64,000 nucleotides of DNA from contig OZ076409.1 of the NCBI GenBank assembly GCA_964187785.1, positions 33,978,001 to 34,042,000 on the forward strand, given 5' to 3'. A program made the position numbers and the translations under genes. The notes beneath the pieces were generated by a model, which was given only the letters and a program-made list of their open reading frames with translations, did no database searches and was not told the DNA's origin. The DNA comes from Amphiscolops sp. MND2022. Lineage: Eukaryota. Of this stretch, positions 27,984 to 41,460 are shown piece after piece; the stretch's first letter is position 1; the number at the start of each line of letters is the position of its first letter.

Positions 27984-28270
27984 CTATATGTAATAAATTT
28001 CTTCGAACGCATCTCTGTCGCTCACAGTTCCTGGAACACATGCTGCATTGCCGATCTGAAGAGCCATTGAAATCCGTTGCTTCAAAAAGCTGCCAGCTCG
28101 TTGATCGTCGTGCGAACGACAGAGCATTTTACAGGGACGCGCGATGAAAATTTCACTGCTCTCGCCTATAGAACCCTGTACTTCCAAGGCCACCGGTTGA
28201 AAAATGTATCCATTGTTTATTAATTCGCGATACTTCAATTTTACGCGTTTCAGCCTCGGTGGCGGTGCAA
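27984..28270 (-). mobile_element. 3' remnant of a CRE-like (restriction-like endonuclease) non-LTR retrotransposon
   Basis: KYRELINNGYIFQPVALEVQGSIG...FLKQRISMALQIGNAACV.GT matches the CRE-clade C-terminal motif KY..L...Y.F.P.A.E..G..G...QR.S.A.Q.GNAA. 5'-truncated. Confidence 0.8.
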
Positions 28271-28761
28271 ACTCTTAAACGCACCAGCTGACCATATGGT
28301 GAAGAAAACTCTTGAATAAGATTTTCAGACGATTTTGCATAGCATTGCACGCCATTTCACGGAATATTGACATGATGTCTCCGAAATCATGATAATGGGA
28401 CCAAAAATGCAGAAAAAAATTGAGCGCAGATTTTCCGTTTTTCCAGTTTTCGTTTCTTGCCGTTTTATCCCACTGGTATCAAGATTGGGTCAAAGTGACG
28501 CTAGCATCTGTTGAAACATGCTGAAATACAATCAGAGACACAAGGCGTGCTAAGTTTTGGCGCAAAGTCCAAAGCCAGTGCGGCGAAGCTAGCGGGCCCA
28601 CAGCCCAGCAGTTCAAAAGTCAAATTTAAACCCCTGATTGTCTTCTTCCAAACGTGCCATGAATCGTTTGTCAGACTTGAATAGTTTAGGAGATATTGCG
28701 GTTTGAAATTTGAACACCAGATTTTTGGATGCAACCGGAAAAATCCTTGTCCATTTAGGGT

Positions 28762-28962
28762 TGGTATAGACTCGTAAAAGAATGATAGAGTAAGATTCAA
28801 GCTGAAAGTAAGATCATTATCAATAGATCAGACAAGCTAATGCTTTAAGTAACGTACACAACAACAAGTTAGCATCTCAAATGAATGGAGCTTTAATGTA
28901 ACTGTTTGACAGGTACTGATTGTAAACAAGTCTAGACATATCTAGCTTACTTCTCCTCTACA
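28762..28962 (-). repeat. 3' LTR of the gypsy element
   Basis: TGTAGAGG directly follows the PPT and the unit contains ATTAAA. It ends in CA at 28762 (flanks agggt/aggtt as an imperfect TSD) or alternatively at 28783. Confidence 0.65.
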
Positions 28963-31900
28963 TTCCCCCTTCTATGGATTATGGGAACCACTCCTTTCCT
29001 TGCTTGAGTTGAAGAGCATCCACTTTTGGCTGGGGATCTGGACTGTCGTGTAAAGTGGATGATTTTCTTCTCGACCCTTTGCTTTAGTTCTAAATAGTTC
29101 ATTTGCTTGAAAATATTCAATTCCACCCAGTTTTTTCACCCTTTTTGCAGTTCTTAGTCTATCTGATCTGCGTACTCTTTGCTCTCCTTCAAGGTACTCC
29201 ATTCCCTCCCCCCTTTCAATGCCTAGGTCTACCATACCTTTGTCCGCAACTGTGGAGAGTTTGCGGGGCGATGCGGTAGGAGTTGTGTCGGCAAACGGTA
29301 CCGTCCGTTTGTTCACTCGCTCAGTACTGCAGCCTACGGGCGGCACTATTTTCGCTGTCTGTGCATCGGATGGCGGGTCAGTTGGCTTAGCTTTTCGACA
29401 GTCTGTGTATTTGACTTTCGCTGTGACGGTGACTTCTGGATCTGATTCGTCCGCGTTCGGTATTTCTTCGATCATAGTGGACTGACTGTCTGAAATTACG
29501 GTGACATCCGGTGCTTCCGTGGGCTCGTGTGATGGCATTGTCTGTATTGTTTTGCTAGAGCAGGGCTTGTCTGTCTCTTTGTTCTTTATCAGCCATTGTT
29601 CTTTTGTGAGTGTCACAGAACTCGCCGTTTCTGAATCGGTCGCATCTCTTGCATCTTTTTGTAGTCTTTGTGTTGTCTTTGCCAGTTTTTTATGTATCAT
29701 TTTTCCGTCGGACGTTATTACAGTATGTTTGGTTTTTTAACTGCAGCTAAATTTTAGTTGGTTTCAAATCTACATTTCATTGAGTTCGGCTTGGTTTCTT
29801 TCTCGAAAAATTGGTATTCTCTAAAGTTCTCGCATAGTGATCTACCTCTCTTCTTTGATTCATTGACAACCAGATAGTCAGCGAGTTCTCCATCTGAGTC
29901 GTGGATAGTAAAAACTTGTAATTCTGCAGGCTGAGCTGAAACGTATTTGGTTATAGTTCTCTTCCAATTCGACAATAGGCATTTTGGTTGACCAATTATA
30001 TTGGTGATAGAAGTGCGAAGTTTGAGTCCGAAGGGCAATTGAAATTGTCATTTTTAGTGTGTTATTTGGTGTTTGTCTAATTGTTTTAATTGCTAGTTGT
30101 ACGCTTTCTTCGAAGTTTAATCCGTCTTGCAATTTAGCTCTAGTTAGCGATTTAATCGTGCGTATTGTTCTTTCCACTAATCCGGTTCCGCTGTGCAAGT
30201 TGGGGTTACACTATATTCGCTGTATATTTTCGCTGTTGCAATAGGTAATGAATTCCTGACTTTTGAAACAACTACCGTTGTCGGTGGGAATTGTTCTCTG
30301 CGTTCCGTTGTCTGAGCAGTATTTTGTTGAAAATTTTACTACGGTCCGTTAGTTCATGTATTTACAAATTTGGGCCGTTGGCCAATTACTAAATCGGTCA
30401 ACGGCAACTAATATATAGACGTCTCCGCGTGTCTTAGATTTGATTGGACCGGCGAAGTCCAATTGGATTTCTTGGTTCAGTTCGTTCAAAATTTCGAGTC
30501 TATTTATTCCAGTATGTGGTAATTGCGTTTTCAAATTCTTACCTCCGGCTCTGCAGCTCGGGCAATTTTCAGCCTTTTCTTGATTTCTCGATGTAATCCA
30601 GGCTACCAAAATGCTTCTGCTGACTGTTCCATTTTATTTATCGATACATGCCTCGATGTAGCATGGCAATCAGTGTCGATCTCATGGCTTCAGGTATAAC
30701 TAGTTTGTCGTTATAAAACAACAGTCCGAAGCGGGTGGTTAGATGTTTCCTGTGTGGGCGGTAGGGGTAAAATATGCAGTCCAGTTGGCCTGTCTCCAGT
30801 GCGATAATTGCGTCCAGAATTTTCGTATGCCTTGCGGTTTCGTCTACGAGCAGCGGAAATTTACGGAGAAATCTTTCCGGCCTTTTTTTGCTTCGGCGGA
30901 TTTCTCGTTATGGGCTTCCTGCAGCGTATTTTTTTTGCTGTCTTATTTAAACGAATTAAATTTACGCTCTCGTGCTTTTGGAATTTTCGTAACGCGTTTG
31001 TCGGGCACTTTGTTTTTCTAAACTGGCTTAACTGGCTTTCTTTGTCGGAGTATGGGTTTAGCCAAGACTCGCTTACATTCTCGTGGAATTCCCTGAGTAA
31101 GGTTGTGCCGATATTATCGCTGAAGTGAAAGAAACGGATGTAGATTAGGATGTTTCGTATCCTTTCGATTTGTTTTCTTCCTTCTTGAGAGAGGCGGTAT
31201 TCCTGAATCCTTTTGTTATCGCCGCCTTTTCCAACGATTCTGGTCTTGTTTGGCTTCAAAATCTTGTTCCTTTCTTAGCGTAATCTGTCTGCTTTGGAGG
31301 AGTGCCCTCTCTTTTCGAATATGAAGCTCATGTCAATGCCGTTTACTTTGTCCATAGTTGAAATCAACGTTGGATTAAGCGCATTTCGTTTTAGCTGACT
31401 TGATGCTGGTTGACGGTAAGATGGTTTGAATTGAGGGTTCAGTCCGAACCGGTTTGCGCTTTTGCGTACTGTTGTGTGATTGCTTTAAAAATTTCGTCGA
31501 CGGCGACGATCGTTTGGAGTTTTGCGTAATGCTTCTGTTCGCACGGTTGAATTCCAATAGACCGTAAAGTTGTTAGATTACGGATTCTTCTCCGGCTTTT
31601 TTCTCGTCTTGATCGCGTTGCGTTTTCGTCTCGGTGTCGTATATTATCGGATAGCGGCTCAAGTAGTCCGTCAGCGGAATGTTTTTGCAGGCGGTGTATT
31701 GTAAGTTAACATCAGAATGGCTCAATCGATCTAACCAACGCATGAGTCGTGCACTGTACTGTTTGTGGGCTCGATTACGTTTTAAAAGCGGTTGTAGCGC
31801 CTGGTGTTTGGTTTAAAGGTTTACTATCTTTTCGCAAACGTAGTATCTAATATATTCGAGTCCCCACATAGCGCCTAAAACCTCTAGTTCATTTATTGCG

Positions 31901-33927
31901 TATTTTCTTTCACAATTGGTAAAAAATCTACTTGCGAATGCTACTGGTCTAAAACTCCCATTTCCGTTTCGTCATAAAGTTGCTCCCAAACCTGTGTTAC
32001 ATGCGTCTGTTGTGACGTAGTTATCTTTCCTCGGGTCGAATTGTGCTAGGCATGGTGCTTCTGTGATTTCCTTCTTCAGTTGCTCGAAATCGTTGTCTAT
32101 TTCTGGGGTCCATTCCCATTTGACACCTTTCTTCAGCACTCTCTTTCTGTCTGTCTTTATAGAAAGGTTGTTCAGAAATTTCGACACAAGTTGGATTGAT
32201 CCCAGTAATGATTTCAATTCTTTTGTGTTCGTTGGGGCTTTCAGCTTGGTTATGGCTTCTGTTTTTTCTTTGATCGGCTTTACCGCGTTCTGGTTGATGT
32301 GATATCTCAGCCACGTTAGTTCCTTCTTGAATAATTCTGTTTTTCCTTTGACTTGCTCGATATCCCGGCTTTTGTAGTTTGGATAGAACGTCCCGTAATT
32401 CCCCTTCATGTTCTTCTGCCGTTCCATTTGTGACGCAAATGATATCGTCAAGCCAGACAGGTGTTTTGAATTCCAGCACATTTACTATGTGTTCTTGGAA
32501 TACGGTGGGGATATCCGATAGTCCGTAGAAACCTTTCTTGAATCAGTAGTGTCCCGTGAAGTCGCCTCCGATGATTGAGAATACGCAGTGTTTTGACGCT
32601 TCTTTGGATAGTTTCGTCTCACCGTAAGCGTAGTCGAGATCAATTTTTGACATCCATATTTCACCCTCGATTTTTGTGATCTCTGCTGAAACTTTACTGA
32701 TCAATTCCTCCATATTCGGCATTGATGCCTTTCTTTTTATGCAGGCTTCGTTCAATTTTCTGGAATCGAGTGCAATCTTCACCGTTTTTCTTTTTTTGAT
32801 TGTTATCACAGCAGGCGATATAAAACAATTTTCTGTAGTTTTATCATCTTTTTCAAGGAGCCCCTTGTTTTCAATCAGTCTTTCCAGTTCAATTTGTACC
32901 GTATTTCGAAAGTGAATTGGTACAAAAGGTCTCCCTTTTTGTTGTATCGGCTTTGCATCTTTTTTCAATTTGGATGTCAATGGTTAAATCTTTTATAGTG
33001 TGGTTATTTTTAAAAATGTTTTCGTAATCTTTAAAAATTTTCTCACCTCTTTCGTTGACTTCTATATTTCGGATGATGTTTGTTTCTCTGTTCCCTTGTA
33101 GACCAATCTCGAGTTTGTCCAGCCAATCTAATCCCAGTAATGGTTGTGTGTTTCCCTTCTCCGTTTTTAGTATCGGTAGTGTCACTCTGTTTCGTTCCGT
33201 TTTTACTTCAACCATAGCTTCGCCTCTGAACTTAATGGATTTTTGTTGACATCCTCGTAACCTTTTGGAGTTGCTTTCATGTTCTTCGGATTAATCTTTG
33301 ACGGGATTATTGTTACTGGAGAGCCTGTGTCGATGATAAATTCAATTGGCTGTCCCTCGACCAATAGGATCGCTTTGTAGAAATCAACGCGGTTAGTCCC
33401 GTTGATGGGTTGTATGTGATCAATTTCCGGCCATGGCTCCGTGTTGTTTCCGGTATCGTCTTCTTGTATCCGATTCACGGTCATTGATCGGCATATTTTC
33501 GCGAAATGTCCCGTCCTTTTGCAATTATTGCATTGAGCCTTCCGTGCCGCGCAGTTGTGGTCCGGTGTCCAGTTTGGCTTCCCGCAGAAGTGGCAGCTGC
33601 GGTCCGATGTTTTTTTTTATTTGCGAATGTGGCTCTTTTTCTCGGCATTTGCTTCGTGTATCCAATTTGTTCGTCTTCTGATGAGTTGTCTGATGAATTT
33701 TTCCGTTGTCTCTTAGATTTTGTGCAGTTGTCGCTGTACTTGCGGTAATAATTGTCTAATTCTATGGTCTCAAGCACTAGTTTCAATTTCAGTGGGACCT
33801 TTATAAACTTTTCACGTGCTTTTTTTATCGTTTATGGTGGCTGCGAATTTATACGTGATAATGTCCTCGGGGTTGATGCTGTTAAATTCGCACTTCCTCT
33901 CAATATTCTCTAGCTTTCTCCTCTACA
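28762..33927 (-). mobile_element. Decayed Ty3/gypsy LTR retrotransposon (gag-PR-RT-RNaseH-IN with many frameshifts and stops)
   Basis: Gag Zn knuckle CNNCKRTGHFAKIC (about 33490-33535), protease FIIDTGSPVTII, RT LDSRKLN, IDLDYAY and WLDDII, RNase H TTDACNTGLGATL, integrase QLDFAGP and GLVERTIRTIK, PPT gaagggggaa (28963-28972). Confidence 0.93.
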
Positions 33928-34149
33928 AGGTTTAACCTCACAATTATTGTAATTAATTTGTTTTTCGAATGTCAGTTTTTATATATTCTGAATACTGAAA
34001 ACAAATTATTGGTTATAATTTAATTGCAATTAATTTTTTGTCAGAAATTTTTTTTGAAAAACCTTGGTTGGCAGCGTTTCGGGGATGGTGCTTGGTGGAA
34101 TGTGCAAGGAAAAAGCGCTTTTTATTAAGCACCCCCATTTTTTGTGTGC

Positions 34150-34663
34150 ATTTTCTTTTTAGGGAAAAAGCCCGACTATTACAGAATGTATGCGTAGTGG
34201 AATTTTTTTTACAGAACTACTAAACTACTGGAACCGCAAGCGCAAACGCATCTAAGTTAGTGCAAAGGGTCCCTCTTTCATTTATACCATTTTAAACGTA
34301 AGATACAGAACCGGACGAAGACTGTAGGTCGACTTTTTTGACTTTTTTCCGCAATTTTTCATTGTCTCCAACGGGTCCCCCTTCAAATTGTTTGATATTT
34401 TACAACAAACTGAAGTTTCAAAAAGCCCAATGGGTCTCCTCTTTTAGTTTTTCGGCACTATGAGACTGTTTCAAAAATCTCATTTTTCTTTTTATTCGAA
34501 ACTGTTTTAATGTCTCCAAAGGGTCCCCCTTCATTTTTTTGATATTTTGCAACAAACTGGGTTTCTATCAAATAGCCCAAAGGGCCCCCCTTTCACAATT
34601 TAAAAAATTTTGCGCTTTTTGAGCCTTAGATATAGCGCCGACTTTAGACGTTCCCGTCTTATT
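34150..34663 (+). mobile_element. HINE-like copy with damaged 5' end
   Basis: aaaagcccgactattacag near the start; 3' gagccttagatatagcgccgact-tt-agacgTTCCcgtct. Confidence 0.7.
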
Positions 34664-37176
34664 TTTTTGTGCATTTCAAGGCATTTTCTACAAACTTAGT
34701 AATAGAAAATCTTGTGAATTATTTCAAAATTATATAGCAAAGCTCACCCCGGTTGAAACTGCTTGAACTTTTTACAAGTGTTTGTAGATTACCAAGCTAA
34801 TTTTTCATGATTTTATAAAAATTCTCAAGGAAACGTCCATGCAATAAAACTTCACTGATTCGATTCAATTTTATCAAGCTGCCTATAAAATGCATCCTAA
34901 ATTTGGCGGCAATTGCGAGACACGATGTTTTGCAGGTTTCAATAGGACGCAGTTCTAATTTTGAAAGCTGCTGAGACTTTCATCAATTTTAACGCGCTTT
35001 TAATGCAAATAAACGTCAGTCACTTTATAAGTTTCAAAGTAGCGTCATATTCAGCGTGCTATTTGACCATCGGTGATTACATAAGAAACTTACTTGAGAA
35101 ACTTAAGCGTGAAAACAGTGATCGCAACGGTGAAGAAGTGGAATTGTTTTCAGTTTTAATTGAAATAGTGGAAGCTGCATTGTAATCCTACAAACTTTCT
35201 CCATGCGTGCTTCCAGTATTTTCTATGTTTATCAAAAATTTAGAATGCATGCATGGACGCAACATAGAAAACTATCCGGCAGGTTCGACTAGGGCATTAT
35301 TTCCATCACTTATGAACCTTTTCCTTTTTCTTTCCCTAATCAAATCATTAACTCACCGGATTTTCCAACCCTTATGTCTGTTGAACAATTTTCAGTGGTT
35401 TCATTACATTTAGAACCAGTGCTGGAAATATATATTTATATTTGAATCATCTAAATAAATAACCAAGTAATAACCAAATAACCATTGAAGTTCAATTTTG
35501 TGATTTGGATGATATTTATTTTGCCACTTCAATGTTTTGCATCCGTGCTGATGCTAATCGGTCGATTTCGAAAAAAAATTGAAAAAGTGAAAATAATGCA
35601 TTGGACAACCATTCTTCGAGACAACTTTCGAAAACCAATGTAGGGTTTGATTTTGAGGCACAGACCTTTGCGTAAGTTCAGGCACTCTAATTTACAAATG
35701 ATAATTCTCAAAAGCCCTTGATAACTATACGTATCAGCTAATTTCGTTTAGCCAGTTGTAAGTTTTCCGTGGACTATTCTTAAACCAAATTTGAGGAACC
35801 ACGCGCAAAAAACGTTGGAAAAACCTGTGCAATTAGCTGATTAAATGCGTTTATGTGTGTTGTATTCCAGGATTATGATAAAACGAGAAGTATACTAAAA
35901 TTTTCAATTGAGACTTATCTTAAAAAGAATCCATCTTTATTGGGCAGTGTCTATCTATCTAGCTAACTGTTCCTCTACAAACCGATCATCGCCAGACGGT
36001 AATTATTGCTAATTGGTGTACCCTTCTCAAGGACGGTAGACGTACAGTATATACCACATTTCCCCTTTACGCAGTGCAGTGCTCCACTCCTCTATTTTTC
36101 TGTCGAGTTACACTGATACTGGGGATAGGGAATCATACAGCTCTAGGAAGTGCCTGCGTTCCCTGTTCGGAATAAATTGTTCTAATTTGACTAACATTGT
36201 TTGCCGTTTAAACATAATTCTGCCATTGTTGTAACGTTGTTCTGCTATCGTTGTAAAGCTGTTTCGATTACGTAACATCAAAAAACAATCGAAAGATGTT
36301 GCTAACACGTTTGAAACAACAAAGGCTTGGCAAGTCAGTGCAATGCCGTCAGCTAAGAACAATGAACTGAATGCTCGAACTTGTCCTTTCTGCCAATGTT
36401 ATTGACAGTTCGGTTCGAACCTTTCATTTCAACTTCTCGAAAAACTATGTCTGAAAGTTATGTCACAAAGGTTTACCGTCTCAGTACACTAAAAAGAGGG
36501 AAAGTTTTCCCTGAAAACCAGGAAAGTTCGAGACAGATTAGGTTTGGCTGACTGGTACTTTCGAACAGGAGCAAGACCTTCTGTCTAGGGCTTAAGCGCG
36601 AAAATGAGGCTCAAGTGGAGAAGTTATTTTCATATAAAAATATAGTCATTTTCTATATTCCTAACATACCAAAATGCCTCAATAGTCTCTTTATTCATTG
36701 TCGATAATCTAACATTGTCAGCGAAACCTCTTGTAATTCATTTGTATCACTCTGTAAAGTGATCAATACTGCTGAATAAACTATTTCCTTTAACCTTCCT
36801 TTTCGACCACCACTACTTAGCAGAACTTCGCCATCAAGCCTCCTGGCAGGACACCCAGGAATATTCCCCACTTGCCGATTGCGTGAGGTCTATGAATTGT
36901 TTAACTTGGTTCGCTCCGGACGTTGAGGTCTGTGCCCTCACCTCAGCTTTCCATGTAAATTTTGGGGATAAATATATAAAAAAAAATGGGTCTCTCGGTT
37001 CCTTACTCCTACCGCTTCGGTTAAGCTGAGAGTACAATAGTTTAGTTAGTAGTTTTCTATTTAGTCTTCTTCCGCTCTCCCTTACTAGAGTGTGACCGAC
37101 TTGTCCTACTGTTTTGATTGGGTGCTTCGTGTACCCTCCTTTTGTGTCTTTTTTTTTCTGTAACATACAAGTTTTT

Positions 37177-37697
37177 TTAGTCGGCGCCTTTTCCCTTAAA
37201 GAAAAAAGCCCAACTATTACAGTGGGTAGTTATTTTTCTTTTTCAGTTGACAATTTCGCTCTGAATGGTCCACTTTTCTTACAATCTTTGTTCATTTGTT
37301 CAACTAATTTTCTGAGAAGCAGGAGATAGTGGGTTCGATTCTCGCACTAAACCACAAATTTTTTTATGCCTCTAAAAGTAGATGCGAGACCAAAGGTTTT
37401 TTTTCGTTTGTGTTTTTTTGTTTGGTTTTTGCGAGTTTTTTTTCGAAAATTTTCGGATTCTATCAAAGTGTACCCCCTTGCATTTTTTTGAAGTTTTCGG
37501 TTTGTAAAAACGTGTAATGAGCCTGAATGGCCTATTTTTGAGTTTTTCGGCATTGTACGACTTTAAAAAATACTTTTGAAATTTTTTTTCCAAAAATTCT
37601 TTTTTTGAAAAAATTTTTCCAAATGTTTCCAAAAGTTGTTCATTGAATATTTTTGAGCCTTAAATATGGCGCCAACTTGGGCCGTTCCCATCTTGTT
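37177..37697 (+). mobile_element. HINE-like copy nested in the gypsy remnant
   Basis: ttagtcggcgcc start; ggcgccaact-tgggccgttcccatcttgtt end; internal gggttcgattctcgcac. Confidence 0.75.
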
Positions 37698-39990
37698 GTA
37701 ACATAAAAGGCGTATTTTACTAACAAGAGTGAGTGGTCTTTCAGCGCTTTTGTTACAGCTAATCATTGCCGTCCTATCCCTCTTTGATAAAATGGCATGA
37801 TCCACCGGTGCTCCAGATTCCGCTTAAGCTGCGTACTCGTGATTAGGTGAAACAGTTCGACTTTAGCCAATCAATAGTTTGTTTGGTGTAACCTAGGATC
37901 ATATTAGTCTCCTTTCTTGGTTGCCTGCCGTAATGTAATACAAATGGTGATTTTTTAACCTAATATGTATTATAATTAATTTAAGAGCTAACTGTCAGCG
38001 TTCTGTCAGATTTTCACCGTTTTCGATATTTGCCAGGATAAACATTTTGATTTGTTGAATTGTTCCATCAACTAACCCGGTAGTGGTGTGTAAATTCAAT
38101 AATCCTGGTACACTTTTAAACGTTTTTGTTAAACTTAAAACTTGCTCGCGATAAATGATCTACCTTTGTCAGTTCCAATAGATTTAGTGATGCCAAGAAG
38201 TAGCTTTCAAGAAACTTTGCTTCTGTATCGGCGATTTGGTTTGTTCAAGTTATTTGTTAGTTGCCATCTGCTGAATCTGTCTACACCTTCTAGTGTACTG
38301 ATTCCCCCGTAATCGCCTCTATTTCCAGTAAAATCCAAATGAATATAACCAGTCGGACCGTTTGATAGAAGTGGTATTTTTGTTTTTGATTGCCCGAAGA
38401 TGAATTTTCAAGTTCTTACCTGCTGAAAGGCACGAGGGACATCTTTTTGTTTTTCCACAATCACATTTTCCCTGTCGCGCCAGTTAAAACCTTGGCCTCT
38501 GTCTTCACGTTTGTAAAACCAATTTGTTGAAAAACATGAATGACCGACTGTTGCAAGTCACGCGGAAGAGGCTGAGGTTCGAAAAAGCGCTCCCATGTTA
38601 CCCAGCACGCTATATCCGAACTTTTGAAGCATTTTCCGAGCACGAAAGTGGTCCCTTGGGCAATGCAACACGCTTATGAGAGTTTTTATTTTCAAAAAGT
38701 CCTGAGCGAAGTTCAAAAACTTTGCATTATTTGAGCCCTAAGTTGGACGCACTTGAGGCGTTCCCGTTTTGTTGTTCTTTTGTCATCGATTCTTTTCAAA
38801 TAACTGTTGTGTTCGTCTAGTTTAACTCCTGCTTTGCCGGCAAATTTCCCGTCGATTCCTTTCAATTCGAGATAACTTTTCGAGGTCTCCTCGCACTTCG
38901 CAAGGTTTTGTAAAACGTGTAACAGCAATCGTTTCCGGTATTTTATCGCTTGGCGAAACTTTGTCGCTCACGAAAGCTGTGTCTGTATTGTTAATTTACA
39001 AGTTCGTTGTGTAGATGCTTTTGTTCATTGATGCTATGTGTGGCGCCGATGTATTGTGTTGTCGGGTATTCGACTTTGTCCTCGGACTCGGAGTTTTCAG
39101 CTACCACATTCAGTTGTTTGAATCTGCATACTATCCTGAAATGTCTTTCTTCCACAATTCCGACATATTACGTTCTTATGGTGGTTGGCCCAGTTTTTGC
39201 TCTTGCAGTGTATGCAGTCTGGTTTCGATATTTGTGTCGAACAGTTAAATATGATTTCTGTTTTAACTGGTGTATCGGTTTTGGTTTTACATTGCGCTCT
39301 GACCTTTCTTTGTCGCGTTTTCTTTCGAAGTTTTTTTCCTGTATTATTTTGAGGGAAATTTGACAACCTGTTTCTAAGTTTTTCTTGAGGTTTTTTCTCT
39401 GATTGATCGAAAAGTTGCAACGACGAGTTGTTCAACGGTTATTGATTGGGAGTCGCACTTGCGTTCAATAACGAGGAGCCGTTCCCCGATTTGTTCCGTG
39501 TATCCGTATTCCTTCGATTGTAATTCAAAAAAAATCAATGCTGTTGTTTGTGTTCTTATCCGACATGAAGCGGTTTCTGAAAAATTTGACGCATCTGGCT
39601 ATTGTCTTTGATGGTATGGAAATGTTATGAAGATTTCGTCTCATGGTGTAACTTAATTATCATCCCTTTCCCCAGATTAGCGGTTGCTTCAATTTTGTTT
39701 GTTGTGCGTTATCCAAAAGTTGAGGTATCGCAAGAAATGAGTTGATCACGATATCTTGGCTACGATCGATAGGTAAACTTGGACAATTATAATTCCGCGT
39801 TTGCGGTCGATAGGTTCGTATCCGTATGGTGAATATCGGATAAACTAATGAAAAATTTTATGATGGATCAAGGATTTTCTTTTCCTTTTTGGAATAAGTT
39901 TAAATGTGATTGTCATGTTGAACTTGAGGATTATGATGAAACGGGAAGCATAAAAAAATGTTCAATTAACAATAATATAACAATTATAAG

Positions 39991-40970
39991 ACAAGCCTAG
40001 AACGGCCCAAGTTGGCGCCCCGCTCGGGTTTCACATTAGTAAAATTTTTTAAATATGCACAAGGACACTTTTGTTGAAATTTCATCAATTTACAGTGTTA
40101 AAAATTACTGTAAGCCGAAGTGGAATAAGCTGACGCGATTGCTTCAATTCAGTTGGCAGTTAAAAGCAGTGGATTTCGGTGCACGCATTTTTGTACATTA
40201 GCTAGATATGGTAGTGGAATCCAAAACAGTCTACAGCGGAATCCATTGAAAATCAGTGAAATACTTGTTTATTAATACGTCAGTGGATTTCGGTGGCTTA
40301 ATAACACAAAAGTGTGCTAACCCAATTTTGGCATTGTAATGTACCCCAAAGTTTACGCATAAGATTCGAAAACCCCTTTTCTCCAACTGGAGACAACAAA
40401 ACCCAATTTGCTCCACATCATACTCAAAAATATTTTCGGTTTGTTACAAAAGGTTTTGTGATGAAGGTCTCCGGTCTGCCGAAAAGCCTAAGGAGTGCTC
40501 TATGCTAGGAAAATTTTTCGATTCTGGTGAAAATCGAAAAGGAGTCCGATAAAAACAAATTAGAATAAGTCGCATAGGAAAAACGCCTATCTTGAAAAAA
40601 AACAAAATTCGCATACAGCGTGCAGAGAAAATATAATTTTAAGACAAAAAATAATCTTTTTGAAAACTCTCGCAATGCCAAAAATGGTACAGGGGGACCC
40701 TTTGGGCTTTTTGAAAATCCAATTTGTTGCAAAATAGTAAAGAATGGAGGGGGACGTCTTAGAGAGGTTTAAAATTTTTGAAAAAAGTGTCACATAGAAA
40801 TTTTTTGGTCAACTGCGAGACTTGAACTCACGTCTTTCTGCTTCTCAGACCTCAAAAATTCCCGAATAACTTCTGCGCAAAGTATTAGTCACAAGTTACT
40901 AAGCAACAGCTTGTAAAAAAGAACAGTCATTACTATAGTCTGCTCTTTCTACGAAAGCGCCAACTGAAAA
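39991..40970 (-). mobile_element. Long HINE-like copy inserted within an LTR
   Basis: acaagcctagaacggcccaagttggcgcc ... gaaagcgccaact; LTR homology resumes on both sides. Confidence 0.65.
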
Positions 40971-41460
40971 GCCATCTCTATTCTGCAGTGTCTATCTATC
41001 TAACTAACTGTATCCTACAAATCGACCATTGCCAGACGGTAATTAATGCTACTTTTAACCAAAATTGGTTGATTAGCAGTACGGTTACAGATAGTTGTTT
41101 ATAGTCCACGTTGTCTTAGTTTTCTAGAATTCGAACATGAATCATCTTCAGTCCAAAACTTCTCTGATGAATTCTTTTGACAGTTCGAAACAAGAATAAT
41201 TCTCATGCTGTCAAATGTGTGCTCAAGAAGGTTCAGAGGTCTTTTTGTTTTGTTTTCTTCAGTTTTCGTAACTTGCTGCACTGCCACATATGAGAGCAAT
41301 CGATAACAAAAGATTTGGCCTATGGGTTGTCCAACAGACGTTGATGTGGTAAACTGTGGTAAAATGTGGTAAACCACACGGACCTTACTAATCAAGCAGC
41401 GAATTGGATTGAATGTTTTTACAATATATTGGGTTATATAATGACTGTGATTTTCTACCG

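Larger units (their letters stand above)
35846..41079 (-). mobile_element. Older, internally deleted gypsy-like element between two related LTR-like repeats, with nested HINE copies
   Basis: PPT aaaggggaaa then TGTGG at 36058. 35930-36011 is repeated at 40971-41052, and the LTR tail 35846-35910 resembles 39905-39968. Integrase remnant CPSCLSAGKNLK...IHLDFTG at about 38325-38442. No gag or RT recognised. Confidence 0.65.
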
